Shown here in pieces: positions 60,461 to 64,000 of a stretch of DNA of 64,000 bases (position 1 is the first letter of the stretch; the number at the start of each line of letters is the position of its first letter). The stretch spans positions 58,968 through 122,967 of the IMG/VR virus record IMGVR_UViG_3300029822_000001, one strand, 5' to 3'. The stretch comes from a virus. Under the pieces are notes generated by a model that worked only from the letters and a program-made list of their open reading frames with translations, was not told where the DNA came from and made no database searches. The position numbers were made by a program, and so were the translations under genes.

Positions 60461-61402
60461 TTAAGCTATAACTCCAATGTTAGTTCCATAGTATGCCTTC
60501 AATCTTGACTGATTATCCTTCATGTCTGACTTCAACAGATTAATATCAGCGGTTGAAGCTGTATACTCGGCACTTTGAGTAGTTTCAATACGAGAACTCA
60601 TGTTATCAATAGATGCTTCTTCACCAGCAATACCAGGACCTAAAATATTACGTCCCCAACGTTCTAGTACTTGAATAGCACCCTTCTTGGCAATATAAGC
60701 TGCTAAGTCTGGTTGTAGTTGCCAATCGGTATAACGATAGTCCCAGGCACTAGGTAACATACCACAAACATATTGTACCCCAATCATTTGCGGAGCAAAC
60801 TCATGATTGTCTACGGGTGGTGTACCATAAGGGTAACCGGTAACAGCTAAGTATGGTACATTAACTCCACCACCCCAGGAACTAGCAAGTAAACTAGGCT
60901 GTATCTCTAACTGACCAGCCCGTTCATTAACCTTTAACCAGTCCTGTGGATAGTTGAGAATGGTCTGGTTATTAAAATAAAGTTTAACCTGTTCTACATA
61001 CAAAATAGGTCTAAAGTACGTCCTAGTGTACATAAAAGAGTTAAAATCTCCTCTTGAGTAATCTAAGCGGTCAAACTTTTCTCGTGGCAAAATAGTTATA
61101 TCAAATTCCTTTTCTGTGTCTGCAACAGATTGGTCAATCAGACCAATGTAAAAGTCATCAGACCAGGGTTCATCTGTAATAGGGTCGGTTAAAGAGTATT
61201 CCATACCTTTTAACTGGTCCTTAATAGCGGCAGGGGTTAAGCCAAAGTCTTCATAGCTTAAATCAAGGTACGTTTTACCGTTCTTTATTTCCAACAAGTG
61301 GTTTATGTTTCCATCAAAACCACCTTCCAAATAGTTATTCCCAGGTACATCCTGAGAATTTTTGGATACCTTAATAAACTTATTTAAGTTATCTACTGAC
61401 AT
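60461..61402 (-). CDS. head-tail adaptor protein
   Basis: FGLT..AIK, E..FDI.ILPR, RPI, APQ.I.V.Y..G, GIA....ID, ETTQSA. Confidence 0.7.
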   Translation of the reverse strand: MSVDNLNKFIKVSKNSQDVPGNNYLEGGFDGNINHLLEIKNGKTYLDLSYEDFGLTPAAIKDQLKGMEYSLTDPITDEPWSDDFYIGLIDQSVADTEKEFDITILPREKFDRLDYSRGDFNSFMYTRTYFRPILYVEQVKLYFNNQTILNYPQDWLKVNERAGQLEIQPSLLASSWGGGVNVPYLAVTGYPYGTPPVDNHEFAPQMIGVQYVCGMLPSAWDYRYTDWQLQPDLAAYIAKKGAIQVLERWGRNILGPGIAGEEASIDNMSSRIETTQSAEYTASTADINLLKSDMKDNQSRLKAYYGTNIGVIA

Positions 61403-61441
61403 TGAGTATCCTTCTTTCTTGTAGTTATCTGTAGATAATAT

Positions 61442-61467
61442 AAAAGCCCTCTGAAAAGAGAGCTTTT
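61442..61467 (-). terminator. intrinsic terminator
   Basis: AAAAGCTCTCT/AGAGGGCTTTT hairpin. Confidence 0.65.
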
Positions 61468-61478
61468 ACTATCGTATA

Positions 61479-61664
61479 TTATTTAGTTACTGTGGCAGTA
61501 CTTGTATCAATAACAGACGATAAGTCTCTACCGGTAATAGACTTGAACTGTTCTGGAGTTAACCAAATGTTACTCTTGCCCGTTGGATCCGTTTGTTTAA
61601 CCAGTTCATCCAAAGTAATTGTATCCCAATAATTATAGGCATTGTAAAAAACATCGTATAACAT
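61479..61664 (-). CDS. XkdX-like small protein
   Basis: AAGGAGG RBS; WLTPEQFKSITG. Confidence 0.65.
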   Translation of the reverse strand: MLYDVFYNAYNYWDTITLDELVKQTDPTGKSNIWLTPEQFKSITGRDLSSVIDTSTATVTK

Positions 61665-61665
61665 A

Positions 61666-61809
61666 TATATACCTCCTTATTTACTGTGAACTACTCGTCA
61701 CTAAAGTAACGAGCTTCTAGGAACACTGCATACTTACACGACAGTGTCTAGCACTCTGTGCAGAGGTTACAGCTATTTACTAAGGGCCGTTCCGGCCCAA
61801 TTTAGTCGT
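61666..61809 (-). ncRNA. predicted omega-RNA; guide AGUAAAUAAGGAGGUAUAUA
   Basis: Homologous to 38485 and 4905 scaffolds. Confidence 0.7.
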
Positions 61810-63111
61810 TTACGCGTTTAAGATATTGATGGCTGCATTGATATCTCTATCGTGGTGCGTGCCACAATGTGGGCATGTCCACTGCCTAACATCTAAGGTA
61901 TGTTTGCCATCATCATAGCCACAATTAGAACAAATTTGACTAGTTTTTCTAGGATTAACAGTGACTAACTGTTTTCCATACCAAGCACACTTATATTCTA
62001 GTTGAGAATGCAGTTCTCACCAAGCTTGATTAGCAATTGCCCGAGCTAGCTTATGATTCTTAAGAAGATTTTTGGTTTTCAAATCCTCTATTTTAATCAC
62101 ATCATATTGCTCTACTAACTGTTTGGTTAGGATATGCAGGTAGTTACTTCTTTGGTTAGCTACCTTTTCACTGCATTTAGCTACCATATGCTTAGCTTTA
62201 AGGCAATTCTTGAAGTCTGATAGTTCTCTTGGTTCCATTACTTTGTTGTGATGGTCCCAAGCAATCTCTTTAAGTGCTTGTAGTCTTCTACGAGCTAACC
62301 GCTTCTCCCAGTAATGCTTTTTATTAGCTAAAATCTTATCAAACCTAACAGTTGGATACTTAACTCCGTCGCTGGTAATCATTAAATCAGCAACACCCAT
62401 ATCAATGCCAACCTCATCAGCTGTTTTTGGGAGTCTGTTAACTTTAGTATCAACTAAAACAACTGCATAGAACTTACCAGTAGAAGATAACCGAATAGTT
62501 ACATTCTTAATTTTACCAGTAATCTGACGACCTGACTTAAAGTAAACAGCTCCTAACTTAGGCAACTTAAGTCGATGTTCATCAACCTGACAGATATTTT
62601 TGTTGTAACTTACTTGATAACTTTGTTTAGGAAACTTACGCGATTTATACTTTGGATGCCCAGAGTGCTCTTTAAACAGTTTCTGGAAAGCGTTATTTAA
62701 GTTTCTACTAACATGTTGTAAACTAGTTGATTCTGCTTTCTTAAGAAATGGGTACTCTTTCTTCAACTGTACAATCAGGTAGTCCATACCAAACTCACTA
62801 ACAAACTTACCACCATTGTGGTATCTTTCAATCTGCATGTTAAGTAACTGATTCCACACAAATCGGCAACATCCAAAAGTATTAACTATTTTGTACTATT
62901 GTTCAACAGTAGGATATATTCTAGTTTTGATAGCTCTTAATGTCATTTTATTCACCTTCTTTTAAGTTTATTATACTATCTTTTACAACCTAATGCAATT
63001 CATCACGTCCTTAAAAGAACGCGTCTTCTTGCATTAACTAATAAATAAAGGGCCCAATAGTGTCCTATCCATTTCATGACTAAAGTCGCGGGATTTCCGG
63101 CTAATATTATT
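61686..63111 (-). mobile_element. IS200/IS605-type tnpB-only element inserted 3' of TTTAA
   Basis: Left-end hairpin GACTTTAGTC; right end TTCAC; removal restores AGT TTA AAG TAA. Confidence 0.8.
61810..62946 (-). pseudogene. tnpB: tnpB pseudogene with two nonsense codons, frame otherwise intact
   Basis: Same length (1137 nt) as 38609-39745; CAG>TAG at 62896-62898, CGA>TGA at 62017-62019. Confidence 0.9.
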
Positions 63112-63559
63112 TTAAACTAACACTTGCTGAAGTACCTGTTGTATCTATATTGCTTAAAGTGGGAGCTGATTTGACAGACTCACTTGCACTAATAGATGCT
63201 ACTGTAGCGTACAAAGCAGTCAATTGTTGAGATATCTGAGTTAGTGCCATAGTCGCTTGGCTATAACCCATCAACCCCTTAGATGCTACTAAAGCTACTT
63301 CAGTGATACTATCAGTAACCTTACCCATGTTGTTAGATAATGAAGATACTGACTTTGCTACATCATCAATATTGTTTTCTGGAAGATTCCCTGGATTAAG
63401 AATGTGTCCTGAGTTTACATCGTATCTAAATTTAGAAGTATACTTTAACATCTGCTTAGACCAATCAGCATTTGCGTACACCTTTGTGTACCCTTCCTTT
63501 TCTGTGACGGATAAATCAGTTAAATATCCGTCTGAATCATACGTTATATAAATGTACAT
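63107..63559 (-). CDS. putative fibre-associated protein (XkdW-like position)
   Basis: AAGGAGG RBS; lies between repeat protein and XkdX-like gene. Confidence 0.5.
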   Translation of the reverse strand: MYIYITYDSDGYLTDLSVTEKEGYTKVYANADWSKQMLKYTSKFRYDVNSGHILNPGNLPENNIDDVAKSVSSLSNNMGKVTDSITEVALVASKGLMGYSQATMALTQISQQLTALYATVASISASESVKSAPTLSNIDTTGTSASVSLK

Positions 63560-63595
63560 TTTATCCTCCTTCTATACCTTATAAGATACCACTTT

Positions 63596-64000
63596 TTATT
63601 GATAATAGGTATCTGTATTAGAACCTACTGGTGTTAACTTATATACTGAACTGCCGTAGGTACCAGCATAAACATTCCCACTAGTATCTACTGCTACACT
63701 ATTCACATAATTGTCAGCAGTAAACTTCCATACTTGAGAACCAGTACTATTTATCTTATATACTGAACTTCCGTCAGTACCAGCATAAACATTTCCACTA
63801 GTATCTACTGCTACACCATGCACAGCCCTGTCAGCAGTAAACTTCCATACTTGAGAACCAGTACTATTTAGCTTATATACTGAACTGCTATTAGTACCAG
63901 CATAAACATTTCCACTTGAATCAACTGCTACACTATTCACATAATTGTCAGCAGTAAACTTCCATACTTGAGAACCAGTACTATTTAGCTTATATACTGA
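63596..64000 (-). CDS. beta-propeller repeat protein, 5'-truncated by window edge
   Basis: 39-aa blades VAVD.SGNVYAGT...SVYK....G.QVWKFTAD; frame open to edge. Confidence 0.8.
   Translation of the reverse strand, partial: SVYKLNSTGSQVWKFTADNYVNSVAVDSSGNVYAGTNSSSVYKLNSTGSQVWKFTADRAVHGVAVDTSGNVYAGTDGSSVYKINSTGSQVWKFTADNYVNSVAVDTSGNVYAGTYGSSVYKLTPVGSNTDTYYQ
63638..64000. repeat. 117-bp near-identical tandem repeats (more than 3 copies)
   Basis: cttatatactga recurs at 63638, 63755, 63872, 63989. Confidence 0.95.

Noticed and set aside
4905-61810. Repeated scaffolds as a CRISPR array
   Set aside because: Dispersed ~125-nt IS right ends, not a repeat-spacer array; no cas genes
61810-62946. Stop-codon reassignment explaining in-frame stops in tnpB
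   Set aside because: Two different stop types; TAG and TGA terminate ordinary genes throughout the window
63638-64000. Diversity-generating retroelement target
   Set aside because: Differences are not adenine-restricted and no reverse transcriptase or template repeat is in the window

Overview
A 64-kb segment of a large, AT-rich lytic myophage genome with Herelleviridae (Twort/SPO1-like) gene order, probably infecting a Lactobacillaceae host. Essentially all genes are on the minus strand. In transcription order (right to left): a beta-propeller/XkdW-XkdX-like module; neck genes; sheath and tube; a tail-assembly chaperone pair with a +1 frameshift site; tape measure; tail lysin; a spike/fibre with two GH113-like barrels; baseplate genes; two paralogous ~1400-aa adsorption proteins; holin and GH25 endolysin; then replication and recombination genes (Rep-like, DnaB, SbcD/SbcC, primase, deoxynucleoside kinase, PnuC, resolvase, HU) and a family A DNA polymerase split by an ORF-less group I intron. 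Most notable: (1) five TnpB-family elements, none with an intact transposase in this window, all sitting at the extreme 3' ends of genes. One intact IS605-type TnpB is accompanied by three homologous omega-RNA cassettes with different guides: its own, one on a nonsense-inactivated copy, and a protein-free 247-bp mini-element with its own promoter. This suggests a distributed multi-guide RNA-guided homing or competition system. (2) The polymerase intron appears to end in A instead of the near-universal omega-G. (3) The sheath gene has a hairpin-split ribosome-binding site. All functional calls come from motif recognition and synteny by eye; no searches were run.
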